The notes below the pieces were generated by a model. It worked only from the letters and a program-made list of their open reading frames with translations. It did not search any database and was not told where the DNA came from. From NCBI RefSeq assembly GCF_004376175.1, contig NZ_SNUY01000012.1, positions 1-32,000 of the forward strand: a stretch of 32,000 nt of DNA, written 5' to 3'. Positions 18,533 through 27,999 of the stretch are shown piece by piece. Within the stretch, counting starts at the first letter, position 1; each line of letters begins with the position of its first letter. Source of the DNA: Halalkalibacterium halodurans. Lineage in GTDB: Bacteria; Bacillota; Bacilli; Bacillales; Bacillaceae_D. Both the position numbers and the translations under genes were made by a program.

Positions 18533-18561
18533 TTGACTTTTTTTCTTCTACTCCATAAGAT
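18533..18561 (+). promoter_or_regulatory. putative sigma-A promoter of ctaA
   Basis: TTGACT (18533-18538), a 17-nt spacer, then TAAGAT (18556-18561). It lies about 58 nt upstream of the ATG. Confidence 0.4.
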
Positions 18562-18618
18562 CGTTATAGAGTCATTTACTGTTTTTTCTCTATTTTAACT
18601 TTTAGAAAGGTGAGATCC

Positions 18619-19515
18619 ATGCATAGATCATTGAAGATTTTTGGCACGCTCACGTCGATTGGGATGGTGATTGTCCTAATGCAAGGAGCGCTCGTCACCA
18701 AGACAGAGTCCGGTGAAGGCTGTGGCGCCACTTGGCCACTCTGTTTTGGTGAAGTGATTCCTACCAATCCTGCAATCGAAACGATTATTGAATATAGTCA
18801 TCGAATTGTCTCAGGCCTTTTAGGAGCGATGGTCATCATTCTCGCCATTTGGGCATGGCGCAAACTTTCACACATCCGTGAAACGAAAGTCATGGCAATC
18901 TTAGCGGTCTTATTTATTATTTTCCAAGGCTTATTAGGGGCCGGAGCCGTCGTTTTCGGACAGTCCCACGCGATTCTAGCGCTTCACTTTGGGATATCTG
19001 CCATTTCACTTGCTACCGTTGTCTTACTCACAACCTTAGCGTTCGAGGACGGAAAACCAAATCCACCAGCTCCGATTGTCAAAAAAGGGTACAAAGGCTA
19101 CATTCTCGCTGTGTTTGCCTATTGTTACGCTGTCATTTACACCGGTGCCTATGTAAAGCATACACAAGCAACGCTTGCCTGCGGGGATTTCCCACTTTGT
19201 AACGGACAATGGATTCCCATGCTATCAGGTCCGGTCGGAGCCCATTTCTTCCATCGCGTGGCAGGAACACTTCTTCTCATTTTGCTCGTGGTTGCGCTCA
19301 TCTGGACATTGCGAAAATACAGCCATTATCGCTCGCTCGTCTGGACCCATATTCTCTGTGTCATTCTTGTCCTTACCCAATACGCTACAGGCATCTCGAT
19401 CGTGCTTACAGGGAACGAGCTCTTCGTCGCCATGATGCACGCTCTCATTGTTTCTATTCTTTTTACAACCCTTTGTTACATCGTCATGATTTTATCAAGG
19501 AACAAAGCGGTTTAA
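18619..19515 (+). CDS. ctaA: heme A synthase
   Basis: ORF from 18610. The likely ATG is 18619 (MHRSLKIFG), with AAAGGTG 6 nt upstream. It has paired cysteine motifs GEGCGATWPLCFG and LACGDFPLCNG and conserved His in TM helices. It is divergent from ctaB, as in B. subtilis. Confidence 0.9.
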   Translation: MHRSLKIFGTLTSIGMVIVLMQGALVTKTESGEGCGATWPLCFGEVIPTNPAIETIIEYSHRIVSGLLGAMVIILAIWAWRKLSHIRETKVMAILAVLFIIFQGLLGAGAVVFGQSHAILALHFGISAISLATVVLLTTLAFEDGKPNPPAPIVKKGYKGYILAVFAYCYAVIYTGAYVKHTQATLACGDFPLCNGQWIPMLSGPVGAHFFHRVAGTLLLILLVVALIWTLRKYSHYRSLVWTHILCVILVLTQYATGISIVLTGNELFVAMMHALIVSILFTTLCYIVMILSRNKAV

Positions 19516-19525
19516 CCTATTGCGA

Positions 19526-19560
19526 GAAAAAGTGGCAGCTGCTTTAACTGCCACTTTTTA
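19526..19560. terminator. bidirectional intrinsic terminator after ctaA
   Basis: Stem AGTGGCAG/CTGCCACT (19531-19538 with 19548-19555), flanked by an A run (19527-19531) and a T run (19556-19559). Confidence 0.65.
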
Positions 19561-19831
19561 TTATGGGAGTTCTACTAGGTCTTTAAACATGCACAGCGTG
19601 CTTACCATACTGAAAAGACGAGATGTTCCTCATGACACCCCGCCTTCCCTTAATCTATTTACGTAAGTACACTTTTATCCCAATTAACTAGCGCTAAGAC
19701 TTCTACTTCAAGACTTTGAGGCAACAAGAAGACGAGGTAAGCGTGAATCAACACAGACTGCATTCGCCACATCGTGTGGGCTTAGGCTAACATTCAACGA
19801 GAGGATGAAAGTCTCCACTGAATGAAGCTTC

Positions 19832-21637
19832 TTATTGTTTGATTGTTGTTGTCACTTGATGAAGCGCATTGGTCACCGTTCCGTGCTCACTCGCATGTGG
19901 GCGATCCCCATCATCCTCATATCCGTAATCAAACATCCGATTTCGGTTCAACGTTAGCTTCGTGAATTCCGGTCTCAACAAGTCAAACAACTCAAACCGC
20001 TCAGCTAATTGAGGAAATCTCTGTTGATAGGTGAGAATCGTCTCCCGAACAATCTTCCAAAAATCATACTCTGAAAAGCCCAACTGGTCTTCTAAAATGT
20101 TACTTAAATAGCGGAAGTGACAAATAAACAAGCCGGTCAGAATAAATTGTGTTAATCCTTCGGGCGGCTCGCTCCGCAGCACTTTCTTTAACTCGGGGGA
20201 GAGTGCCTGTAACTCCTGAATCGGCTGATCACTAATATTCACATCATCGACAAAATCTTTCATGATGATTCTCTCTGGCTGATAATCTTTCAACACTAAA
20301 ACGGTATTTTGACCATGAGGAGAAAAGACCGTACCATACTGATATAAATAATGAAGCAATGGATTTAAAATGGCCGACGATAACTTTTTCACCCACTGCT
20401 CGACGGTAAGCTCAGATTTTTCAATGTACGTTTGGACGAGTGATGTCCCTTCACTGTCTTCATGGAGCAAGGCAGCTAAAGTAATCGGCTGTTCACCATC
20501 TTCCAATTCTTGATAAATACTTTCTCGCCAAATGACACCGAGCATTTCTAAGTATTGATAGGGAGCTCCTTTTAGCTTTGTAAACGTTCGATGATCGACA
20601 TTCATTGTAGCTACTTCCCCTAGTAAACCGAGACGGCATTCGTCCTTCAAAAAATTATCCTGTTCGTGAATTCCTTTCATAAATGCCGTTACCTCAGGCG
20701 CAATCACGGTTCGTTCACTCGGCAATCCCCGGTATACAAGAGTGTTCAAAATGCTCATCGGTAGCTTCACATGATATTTTTTCTTATTAGATACATTCAC
20801 AAACGTGCGAATCGATTGTTGTGGAAGGTATTGATCATCACCTTCTCCTAGAGGGATGATCTCTTTTCCCGCTATTTCCGCAGCAAATAGAGAGACGATC
20901 ACATGATCCCATTGCCACAAGTGAATCGGCAAGAAATAATAATTTGAAGGTTCAACGCCCGCCCGCTCAAGCTCGTTGACAAATTGGGCCCGCGTCTTTT
21001 CATTCAATTCTCCTGTGATGACATTATCATAGGAGAGCCCTTCAATGGAGTGAAATGAGCTGATTTGCCGATGCACGGCAATCCAAGATAATTTCACTTT
21101 CTTTTGCTGTTCTGGCGCATAGCTAACATAATCATCGTAGCTAAAGCCTATTCGTCCTTTGTTATAGGTGATCCAAGGATGACCGGTCATTTCTCCTTCA
21201 AGCTCTGCGTAATCCAATGACGCCAGCTCCCCAGCCCGCTTTGATTTTTCTCGTAAATGAGTGTCAGCGACCAACGTATGTAAATATTCTTTAACTAAAT
21301 GCCCGGCTGTTGAGCTTGTCATTTGTCCCTCTTGTTGGATGCTTACTAGCAATAACAGCGATTTAGGAATGTCAATCTCACTAGCTGAAACAACTTCAAT
21401 ACGATCAGCTACCACCATATAACTATCAAATAATCGTTTCTTTGCTTCAAATCGGTAAACCGTCCCCTGTTTATCTGTCCATTCATACGTATGAATATCT
21501 CCCGATTGATATACCACTGTCGGGGAAATGATGTTTTCATACATAAATTCTTGCAACATTTTCGCGAGCAGCTTTTGATCTACTATTTCCCAATGGTTAT
21601 TCGTTAACATATGGATTGGTGTGTTACATATTGTCAC
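19832..21637 (-). CDS. rhbF: IucA/IucC-family NIS siderophore synthetase (RhbF-like)
   Basis: 601 aa starting at GTG 21637, after GGGAGTGG. It overlaps the MFS stop by 14 nt. IucA/IucC and FhuF-like C-terminal regions are present (..PHGQNTVLVLKD....IMKDF..). Confidence 0.8.
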   Translation of the reverse strand: MTICNTPIHMLTNNHWEIVDQKLLAKMLQEFMYENIISPTVVYQSGDIHTYEWTDKQGTVYRFEAKKRLFDSYMVVADRIEVVSASEIDIPKSLLLLVSIQQEGQMTSSTAGHLVKEYLHTLVADTHLREKSKRAGELASLDYAELEGEMTGHPWITYNKGRIGFSYDDYVSYAPEQQKKVKLSWIAVHRQISSFHSIEGLSYDNVITGELNEKTRAQFVNELERAGVEPSNYYFLPIHLWQWDHVIVSLFAAEIAGKEIIPLGEGDDQYLPQQSIRTFVNVSNKKKYHVKLPMSILNTLVYRGLPSERTVIAPEVTAFMKGIHEQDNFLKDECRLGLLGEVATMNVDHRTFTKLKGAPYQYLEMLGVIWRESIYQELEDGEQPITLAALLHEDSEGTSLVQTYIEKSELTVEQWVKKLSSAILNPLLHYLYQYGTVFSPHGQNTVLVLKDYQPERIIMKDFVDDVNISDQPIQELQALSPELKKVLRSEPPEGLTQFILTGLFICHFRYLSNILEDQLGFSEYDFWKIVRETILTYQQRFPQLAERFELFDLLRPEFTKLTLNRNRMFDYGYEDDGDRPHASEHGTVTNALHQVTTTIKQ

Positions 21638-22829
21638 GCTGTTCCACTCCCTTTTTCAGATGATAAATTTCCGCTTTATTGAATTGAACCGCTAACAGGG
21701 CGACGCATAATGCCGAGCTGAACAACAGCATACCGCTTAGAATAAATGGCCCTGCGATTCCTTGACGTTCCACCATTAAAACGGCTGCCATTGGCGCGAA
21801 AAGTAAGGCGATATTTTGCACCGACGTGACAAGGCTAAACGACAAGGGAGAGGACCTCCCAATTCTCGTTTGAAAAAAAAGAAGGTCGATCGCCGCGAGG
21901 CTAATAAAGAAACAGATACCGTAAAGGATGCGTATGACGGTAAACCACCCGATGCTTTCAACGACCACTTGTAGAAGGAGGAGAATACCCGTAACCGCTG
22001 TGAGGCAAAGAAGGCTCATATGAAGACGGGCCTTAAGTGATTCCTTCGGTAAAAAAGGCTGAAGGCCAATCGCCACGAGACTTGGCATCACATAAAGCAC
22101 ACTCATTACTTGTTCCGACGTGTCATAGCTATATTCAACAAAAATGGTGAAGTAGGGGCGAATCATATGGTGGCCAGTATAAAACAGAAAGACGAGCAAG
22201 GAATATAGGGCAAAACCCAATTTCCACACACTTTCCTTTCCTCCCATTTCCGTTCGTTCACTTGAAAACTCAGCACCTTTTGTTGAAAAGATGAACCAGC
22301 AAATGACGATCAGGATGAGATCCACTAGGCCGAACAAGTAATAGACATGTAACGGGAACGGTTGGGTGATGATATAGCTTCCAGCAATGCCCGACACGAT
22401 GACACTCCCATGAAACATAAACAAATAGCGAGTTGTCGCCGATATTTTTCCCGCTCCTTGTTTGCTAGCTGCAACGACCATCGGATAAAGGACATACATG
22501 CTACTTTGAAACACGAGCAAAGCAAGGGAAATCGTCAAAAACTGTTGAAAGCTAGCACTTGTCGGTAAAAGCACCTTGCCTACCGCCATACCTGATAAAC
22601 CTACAACAACGAACGTCCGGATGGACCAACGTTTTGCTAATAATGCCCACAGCGGCGTTAATAAAATGACGACGAGACGACAACAGCTAATGAATAAGCT
22701 CGTTGCTTGCACCCCGTCCACTTGAAAAAAACGAGAAAACAACTGGGGATAAAAGGGCGATAGCAACATTTCTGATATGAAGGTTAATAGTAGACAGCTA
22801 TAGATGAACCCTTTTTCCTGCTTGGTCAT
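21624..22829 (-). CDS. MFS transporter (probable siderophore exporter)
   Basis: 401 aa of hydrophobic helices throughout, about 12 TM segments, embedded in the siderophore operon. Confidence 0.75.
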   Translation of the reverse strand: MTKQEKGFIYSCLLLTFISEMLLSPFYPQLFSRFFQVDGVQATSLFISCCRLVVILLTPLWALLAKRWSIRTFVVVGLSGMAVGKVLLPTSASFQQFLTISLALLVFQSSMYVLYPMVVAASKQGAGKISATTRYLFMFHGSVIVSGIAGSYIITQPFPLHVYYLFGLVDLILIVICWFIFSTKGAEFSSERTEMGGKESVWKLGFALYSLLVFLFYTGHHMIRPYFTIFVEYSYDTSEQVMSVLYVMPSLVAIGLQPFLPKESLKARLHMSLLCLTAVTGILLLLQVVVESIGWFTVIRILYGICFFISLAAIDLLFFQTRIGRSSPLSFSLVTSVQNIALLFAPMAAVLMVERQGIAGPFILSGMLLFSSALCVALLAVQFNKAEIYHLKKGVEQRDNM

Positions 22830-22838
22830 ACCGTTCCT

Positions 22839-24140
22839 CTATAGGCCAAACTGCTGAAATACGTTGTAAGCTGGCGTCCGATATCGTTCTTCCCCGATCA
22901 GCTGATTTACAATCGCTGCATTTCGCTGCGCCCCGAGCCCCAAGTCAGGGGCACCGACACCGTGAGTATGGAGCTCCCCATTTTGGACGAAAAGATGGTG
23001 CTCCCCTTCCTTTTGCTGTTTGACTCGATAATGTTCTTCAATTACTAATTGGCCCTCCTCATCCCATATTAGTTGGTCTCTGATGCCGTCTAAACAACTT
23101 GGAATCGCTGGACGATAACCAGTCGCCAAAATCACGACCTCACTTTTCACCTGCTTCTCCTTGTTTTGTTCCGTTTGATGTAACAATAGGTCAAAGGCAC
23201 CGCCCGCTGCTTCCAGCGATACAAGCTCAGTCAATGCCTGCAAATGAACCTTCGGCTTCACGCCTCCGACTGTTCGTTCATACAACAGATCATAAATATC
23301 GGCAATCGTTTGAAAGCTAATTCCTTTGTAAAGTAAGTCTTGTTTTTGTAAAACCGCTTTTTTCTTCTCTTTCGGTAGCTGATAAAAATAGCGCGTATAG
23401 TCTGGTGAAAAATGCTCTAACCCGAGCTTGGAATATTCCATCGGATAAAAGCCTTTAGAGCGTGTGAACCATGACAACTCGTATCCTTGTTCTTGCTGAC
23501 CCTTCAAGAGGTCATAAAAAATCTCAGCTGCGCTCTGCCCCGAACCAATTACTGTGACGGAGCCGGCATTAAGTACTTCTTCTTTTCTATTTAAATAGTC
23601 GCCAGAATGAAAGATTCGCTCACCTAAAATCGGACGAAAATCAGCCGGAACGTACGGTTTCGTACCAACGCCAAGTACGATATGATTCGCCTCATATGTT
23701 GATCGCCTGTTTTGTTCACGCTCAAACACGGTCACAACATAGCGCCCATTTGCTGACTGCTCAATATTTTCCACTTCGGCCCCAAATTGGAGAGTAGGAA
23801 GCTGTCCGGCTACCCATTGGCAATAATGATTGTACTCCGTCCGTGGGATATGGAATTTTTCATAAAAATAGAAATGATACAAACGTCTGTGCTCATGTAG
23901 GTAATTTAAATAAGTATATGGGCTCGTCGGATCTACCATAGTCACTAAATCAGCTAGAAACGGAACTTGTAATGTGGTTCCTTCTAAAAGCATACCTGGA
24001 TGCCAGTCAAACTGAGATTTTAGATCGAAAAACAGGGACTTACATTTTGTCTGATCGAGTAAGGCTGCCAATCCTAAATTAAAAGGACCAATTCCGACCC
24101 CAAACACATCTAAAACTTGTTCATTTTCCAATCGGACCAC
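22839..24140 (-). CDS. rhbE: FAD-dependent amine N-hydroxylase (IucD/RhbE lysine-ornithine monooxygenase family)
   Basis: N-terminal dinucleotide fold VFGVGIGPFNLGLAA and a second fold VIGSGQSAAEI. The start is GTG 24140 or TTG 24131 (AGAGGTG 6 nt upstream). Confidence 0.85.
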   Translation of the reverse strand: MVRLENEQVLDVFGVGIGPFNLGLAALLDQTKCKSLFFDLKSQFDWHPGMLLEGTTLQVPFLADLVTMVDPTSPYTYLNYLHEHRRLYHFYFYEKFHIPRTEYNHYCQWVAGQLPTLQFGAEVENIEQSANGRYVVTVFEREQNRRSTYEANHIVLGVGTKPYVPADFRPILGERIFHSGDYLNRKEEVLNAGSVTVIGSGQSAAEIFYDLLKGQQEQGYELSWFTRSKGFYPMEYSKLGLEHFSPDYTRYFYQLPKEKKKAVLQKQDLLYKGISFQTIADIYDLLYERTVGGVKPKVHLQALTELVSLEAAGGAFDLLLHQTEQNKEKQVKSEVVILATGYRPAIPSCLDGIRDQLIWDEEGQLVIEEHYRVKQQKEGEHHLFVQNGELHTHGVGAPDLGLGAQRNAAIVNQLIGEERYRTPAYNVFQQFGL

Positions 24141-24703
24141 CTCTTCTCAAATACATTCTGTTCACATTTCATAAGCAACCCTATTTTGTCAGGAAGCTCT
24201 ACTTCTTTTACAGGCTGAAAACCACATTTTTTAAAGACATGAATCATTTTTTTATTTCTTCGGTCAGGCTCGGCCACAATTGTGTTCGTATCAGGCTCTT
24301 GAAACTTTTGCTGCATAATGGCAAGCAGCAGCGGATAGATCAGGCCTTGTCCAAGATATTCCTGCGGTCCTATGAGCAAATGGATCCCTTGATCGTGTTC
24401 CTCAAACGGATAATAATTGGCAATGATGTCTTCTTTTACCCAATACGACTCCCAATAGCTCATTGGGACACCATTTATTGCCCCAACCATTAATGTTTGG
24501 TGGTCATCGTTAAGAAACGTTTGTAAGTGCTTTTTATAGTCGACCAGAGGTATATTTAGCTTCCAGTATGGAATGACGTGTTCTTCGTGCATCCAGCTAT
24601 GGAGCATGTCCACATCGTCCATGGTCACATGACGAAAGGAAAGCTTCTTATTGACTACATGATCGAACACTTCAAACGGTACAAGCTTATCGTTACATTT
24701 CAT
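24110..24703 (-). CDS. rhbD: siderophore N-acetyltransferase (IucB/RhbD family)
   Basis: ORF 24110-24748. The likely ATG is 24703, overlapping the rhbC stop (ATGAAATGTAA). Family features: HVTMDDVDMLHSWM, YWE...IGPQEYLGQG, VAEPD..N..MIHVFKKCGF. Confidence 0.8.
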   Translation of the reverse strand: MKCNDKLVPFEVFDHVVNKKLSFRHVTMDDVDMLHSWMHEEHVIPYWKLNIPLVDYKKHLQTFLNDDHQTLMVGAINGVPMSYWESYWVKEDIIANYYPFEEHDQGIHLLIGPQEYLGQGLIYPLLLAIMQQKFQEPDTNTIVAEPDRRNKKMIHVFKKCGFQPVKEVELPDKIGLLMKCEQNVFEKRWSDWKMNKF

Positions 24704-26489
24704 GAAGCTCACCGGCCATAACAACGAGTGGATTCGGCACAGGAACATATACCGATTGGGTAGCCAACGATCCTTCTAACTCATCCATATCGTGAATTCT
24801 TGTGAGCAAATTGGCTTTGCACGGGAGCATTTCTTCGTGCAATAATGAATTTACGAGATTCGTCGGGTCTCCAAACTGCTGGCGTAAGAGGGTAAGCTCC
24901 TCTCTCAAGATGTGAAGCAGCTGCTCTTCATCGATCAAACGATTCGTACCGAAAGCATTAACCAAACCGAACAAATGGTTAAAGAACACATAGTAACGGA
25001 AGCGCTCTTCTGCTACTGCATCGGAACATATCGTATCACTTTGCTCATTTAATGTAGGAACAAATTGTTTCAACGTCTCAGCCTTTGATTGCATAAAGTA
25101 GTAGCCTTGATTGTCCCGATAATAGAAAAGAGATGGTAGCCCTTTGGCGTCTAGCTTAATAATGGAATTTTGCTGGTGTGCCTCTAATGCGATACCATGT
25201 GTAGCATATAACCAATACAACGGTCGCAAGCTTACGTTTAAATAGCGGGAAAACCACCATTTGCTTGCCTCTGTAACGGAAATCTTCTTCTGCTTCGCTA
25301 GCTCTACCATTAGATTCGTTAAGTGGGAATTTCCTTGGATCGAATCTTGACAAAGCGCGGCTAGTAAGGTAGTACGCTCTTCTCCTCCTTGGCGAAAGGG
25401 GTTTTCTCTAATGACCGTTTCAAGCCCAGATTCTTCTGAGTCTAGCGACAACGTGATGTACGCAGGATCTTGCACGATGTTGAAGGCTGGGTGCTCAGCT
25501 TTAAGCTGATCATACAGTCCATTTTTCAACAGTTCACTTACCTCCACCCCGCGCGCCAACTCTTTTCGCTTGTTCACCCGAAGCGAGTTTGTAATTTTCA
25601 CAGGGATGGAAAACTTGTACATATACTCAGCCTCTGGATGATAGACAGTTCTTAGAGAAGACGTAGGATAAAACGCCCTTCCTTGTGGACCAAGGTAAGA
25701 AAGCTTTCCTGCTTGAATGAGGTCGGCTATCTCTTTTTTCCCTAGCAGCTTTCTTGCTTGTAGCGGATGAACCGGGAGCAAGACATAATCGTCCGCTTGA
25801 CAATAGGATGCTTTAAATGAATCTTGCACGTTCGGATCATGCAATAGATCGTGTTTAATTAGCTCGGAGGCACTGTCTGCCAAAGCAGACTTCTCATCTA
25901 CAAGCTCGCAAGCCACCCGGAAGTAATGTAATTGAAAGCTTCCTTTCCGCTCTGGAGTAAACAACAGTTCTTCATCTTCATCGATCCCTTGCCGGCTTTT
26001 CGGCGTCGGATGGAGTTGATGCCCGATAAGCAGCGATTGTTCCGATTGGAGAAACGTTTTTTCCACTTGATAGCACTCTGTCATACTGTCTGTTCGATGA
26101 GTGAAAATTCGCTTTAAGGCTTGATTGCTAAGCACCGTTCGAACCAATAATTCATCCCCATCCACCGGGTGTTCAGATGTTTCAGAAAGCTCCTTTTGCA
26201 TGAACGATAAAAATGTAACGTAATCGAGGGTTTTTACTCTACCATCCACTTGATAAAACATCTCAGACGAAAACAAGTGTCGTCCAGTTGGCGATTGGTA
26301 GCGGGCTGGTATGTAAAGCGTAATTCCTTGCTGACGAAAGGAAATAACTAACACTTGCGAGAGATCCTTCTCCTTCAAAGGAAACGGGAGGTGATCAATG
26401 CCTTTCCACTCCCCTTCCCCCGTTTCCTTCACATAGCAATTGATTAAGTTTTGCAGTGTTACGTGATTAGCTATGGATGACATGTTCAT
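24693..26489 (-). CDS. rhbC: IucA/IucC-family NIS siderophore synthetase (RhbC-like)
   Basis: ORF 24693-26516. The likely ATG is 26489, with AAGGAG 9 nt upstream. IucA/IucC core: ..GHQLHPTPKSR.., ..SLRT.., ..EAHQQNSII... Confidence 0.85.
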   Translation of the reverse strand: MNMSSIANHVTLQNLINCYVKETGEGEWKGIDHLPFPLKEKDLSQVLVISFRQQGITLYIPARYQSPTGRHLFSSEMFYQVDGRVKTLDYVTFLSFMQKELSETSEHPVDGDELLVRTVLSNQALKRIFTHRTDSMTECYQVEKTFLQSEQSLLIGHQLHPTPKSRQGIDEDEELLFTPERKGSFQLHYFRVACELVDEKSALADSASELIKHDLLHDPNVQDSFKASYCQADDYVLLPVHPLQARKLLGKKEIADLIQAGKLSYLGPQGRAFYPTSSLRTVYHPEAEYMYKFSIPVKITNSLRVNKRKELARGVEVSELLKNGLYDQLKAEHPAFNIVQDPAYITLSLDSEESGLETVIRENPFRQGGEERTTLLAALCQDSIQGNSHLTNLMVELAKQKKISVTEASKWWFSRYLNVSLRPLYWLYATHGIALEAHQQNSIIKLDAKGLPSLFYYRDNQGYYFMQSKAETLKQFVPTLNEQSDTICSDAVAEERFRYYVFFNHLFGLVNAFGTNRLIDEEQLLHILREELTLLRQQFGDPTNLVNSLLHEEMLPCKANLLTRIHDMDELEGSLATQSVYVPVPNPLVVMAGELHEM

Positions 26490-27996
26490 GGCGAATCGCT
26501 CCTTGTGTTTTCTCAAATTCGATTCCTGCTTTCTTCACTTTTTGGATCTGCGTCTTCATGTTCTCAATCGTGTTTAACGGATTCAGCATTGTAAATTTTA
26601 AGTACACATGGCCTCTCTGTTTCGTTTTCGCCATAATGAGATCTCCCCGCTCATAAAAATGGCGTTGAAGAGTAAGGTTGAGCTGATCAACATAGCTCTG
26701 ATCGTCACGATGGCACTCTGGTACATAACGAAACACGACAGCATTTAATTCTGGGTCATTTAATACGTCAAATCCGTATCGTCTAAGCAGCTCGCCTGTC
26801 TCCTTGGCAAGCTGGATCGTGTAATCGATCATTTGCCCAAACTGTTCGGTCCCCATCCATTTAAAGGTCACCAATAACTTCAAAGCATCGAAGCGTTTCG
26901 TCGTTTGCACACTTTTCTCGACCAAATTAATAATGTCCGCTTCTTTGTCCTCTTCCGGATTTAAGTAGTCGGCGTGAAAACGAATCCGTTCAAACTCGTG
27001 CCTGTCTTTGACAAAGAAAGCACCACAACTAATCGATTGATAATAAAATTTGTGAAAATCGATCGTAATCGAGTCAGCCAAATGTAGACCGTTTAGCAAG
27101 TGGCCATATTGCCGGGAAAACAACAATGCCCCACCATATGCGGCATCCACATGTAGCCAAAGCTCTTGCTCTCTCGCAAGTTCAGCGATCTCTCTAAGCT
27201 TATCGGTGCTACCAAAATCGGTCGTTCCGGCTGTCGCAACGATCATAAATGGGATAAGCCCTTTCAGCCTCAGCTCATTGATTGTCTGCCTTGTTTCATT
27301 CACGCAAAGTTGCTGCCGCTCATTTGTCGCTACTTGGACGACAGCGTTAGCCCCTAAGCCGAGTTGGGCAGCAGATTTTTGTACAGAGAAATGAGCTTCT
27401 TGCGAACAAAGAATCCGCAATTTTCGCGCGTCAACTGGGAGTCCTTCCTCTTGCACGTTTGTAGCAAAGGCTGACTCGCATATTTTGTTTCGTGCGAGGA
27501 GCATGCCCATGTAGTTGGACTGTGTACCACCACTCGTAAACACGCCATCTCCTAAGTCAGAATAACCGATCGACCTCGTAAAGAAGCGGAGCAATTCTGT
27601 TTCCACATAGGTGGCGGATGGACTTTGATCCCAAGAATCCATCGATTGATTTAGCGCATTGATTACGACTTCTGCTACTAGCGATGGTAAGAGCGGTGGA
27701 CAATGTAAATGCGCCATTGCGGAAGGATGGGAAATCCATAGAGAATGCTTCATGACCCCTTCTTGAATCGCTCGGATCACTCCGTCAATTGGTTCGCCAG
27801 AATAGGATATAAATGCAGCGTCCTTCACCGCTTGTTGGATCGAGTGACGATCAGCCCCAGAAAAAGGATTTGCCGCTTCCTTCATATGCTCTACGACTAG
27901 TGTGAGTGCTCGTTGCATGACCGTCTCATACATTTGCGCACTTTCTTTACTCGGCTGGAGAAACCATTTTGAAAAGTTCGTATCGATTGTCATCAC
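26467..27996 (-). CDS. rhbB: PLP-dependent L-2,4-diaminobutyrate decarboxylase (group II decarboxylase, RhbB/Ddc-like)
   Basis: 509 aa with the PLP-lysine motif SITIDFHKFYYQ and the HVDAAYGG motif. It sits directly after the aminotransferase gene. Confidence 0.85.
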   Translation of the reverse strand: MMTIDTNFSKWFLQPSKESAQMYETVMQRALTLVVEHMKEAANPFSGADRHSIQQAVKDAAFISYSGEPIDGVIRAIQEGVMKHSLWISHPSAMAHLHCPPLLPSLVAEVVINALNQSMDSWDQSPSATYVETELLRFFTRSIGYSDLGDGVFTSGGTQSNYMGMLLARNKICESAFATNVQEEGLPVDARKLRILCSQEAHFSVQKSAAQLGLGANAVVQVATNERQQLCVNETRQTINELRLKGLIPFMIVATAGTTDFGSTDKLREIAELAREQELWLHVDAAYGGALLFSRQYGHLLNGLHLADSITIDFHKFYYQSISCGAFFVKDRHEFERIRFHADYLNPEEDKEADIINLVEKSVQTTKRFDALKLLVTFKWMGTEQFGQMIDYTIQLAKETGELLRRYGFDVLNDPELNAVVFRYVPECHRDDQSYVDQLNLTLQRHFYERGDLIMAKTKQRGHVYLKFTMLNPLNTIENMKTQIQKVKKAGIEFEKTQGAIRHEHVIHS

Positions 27997-27999
27997 CTT

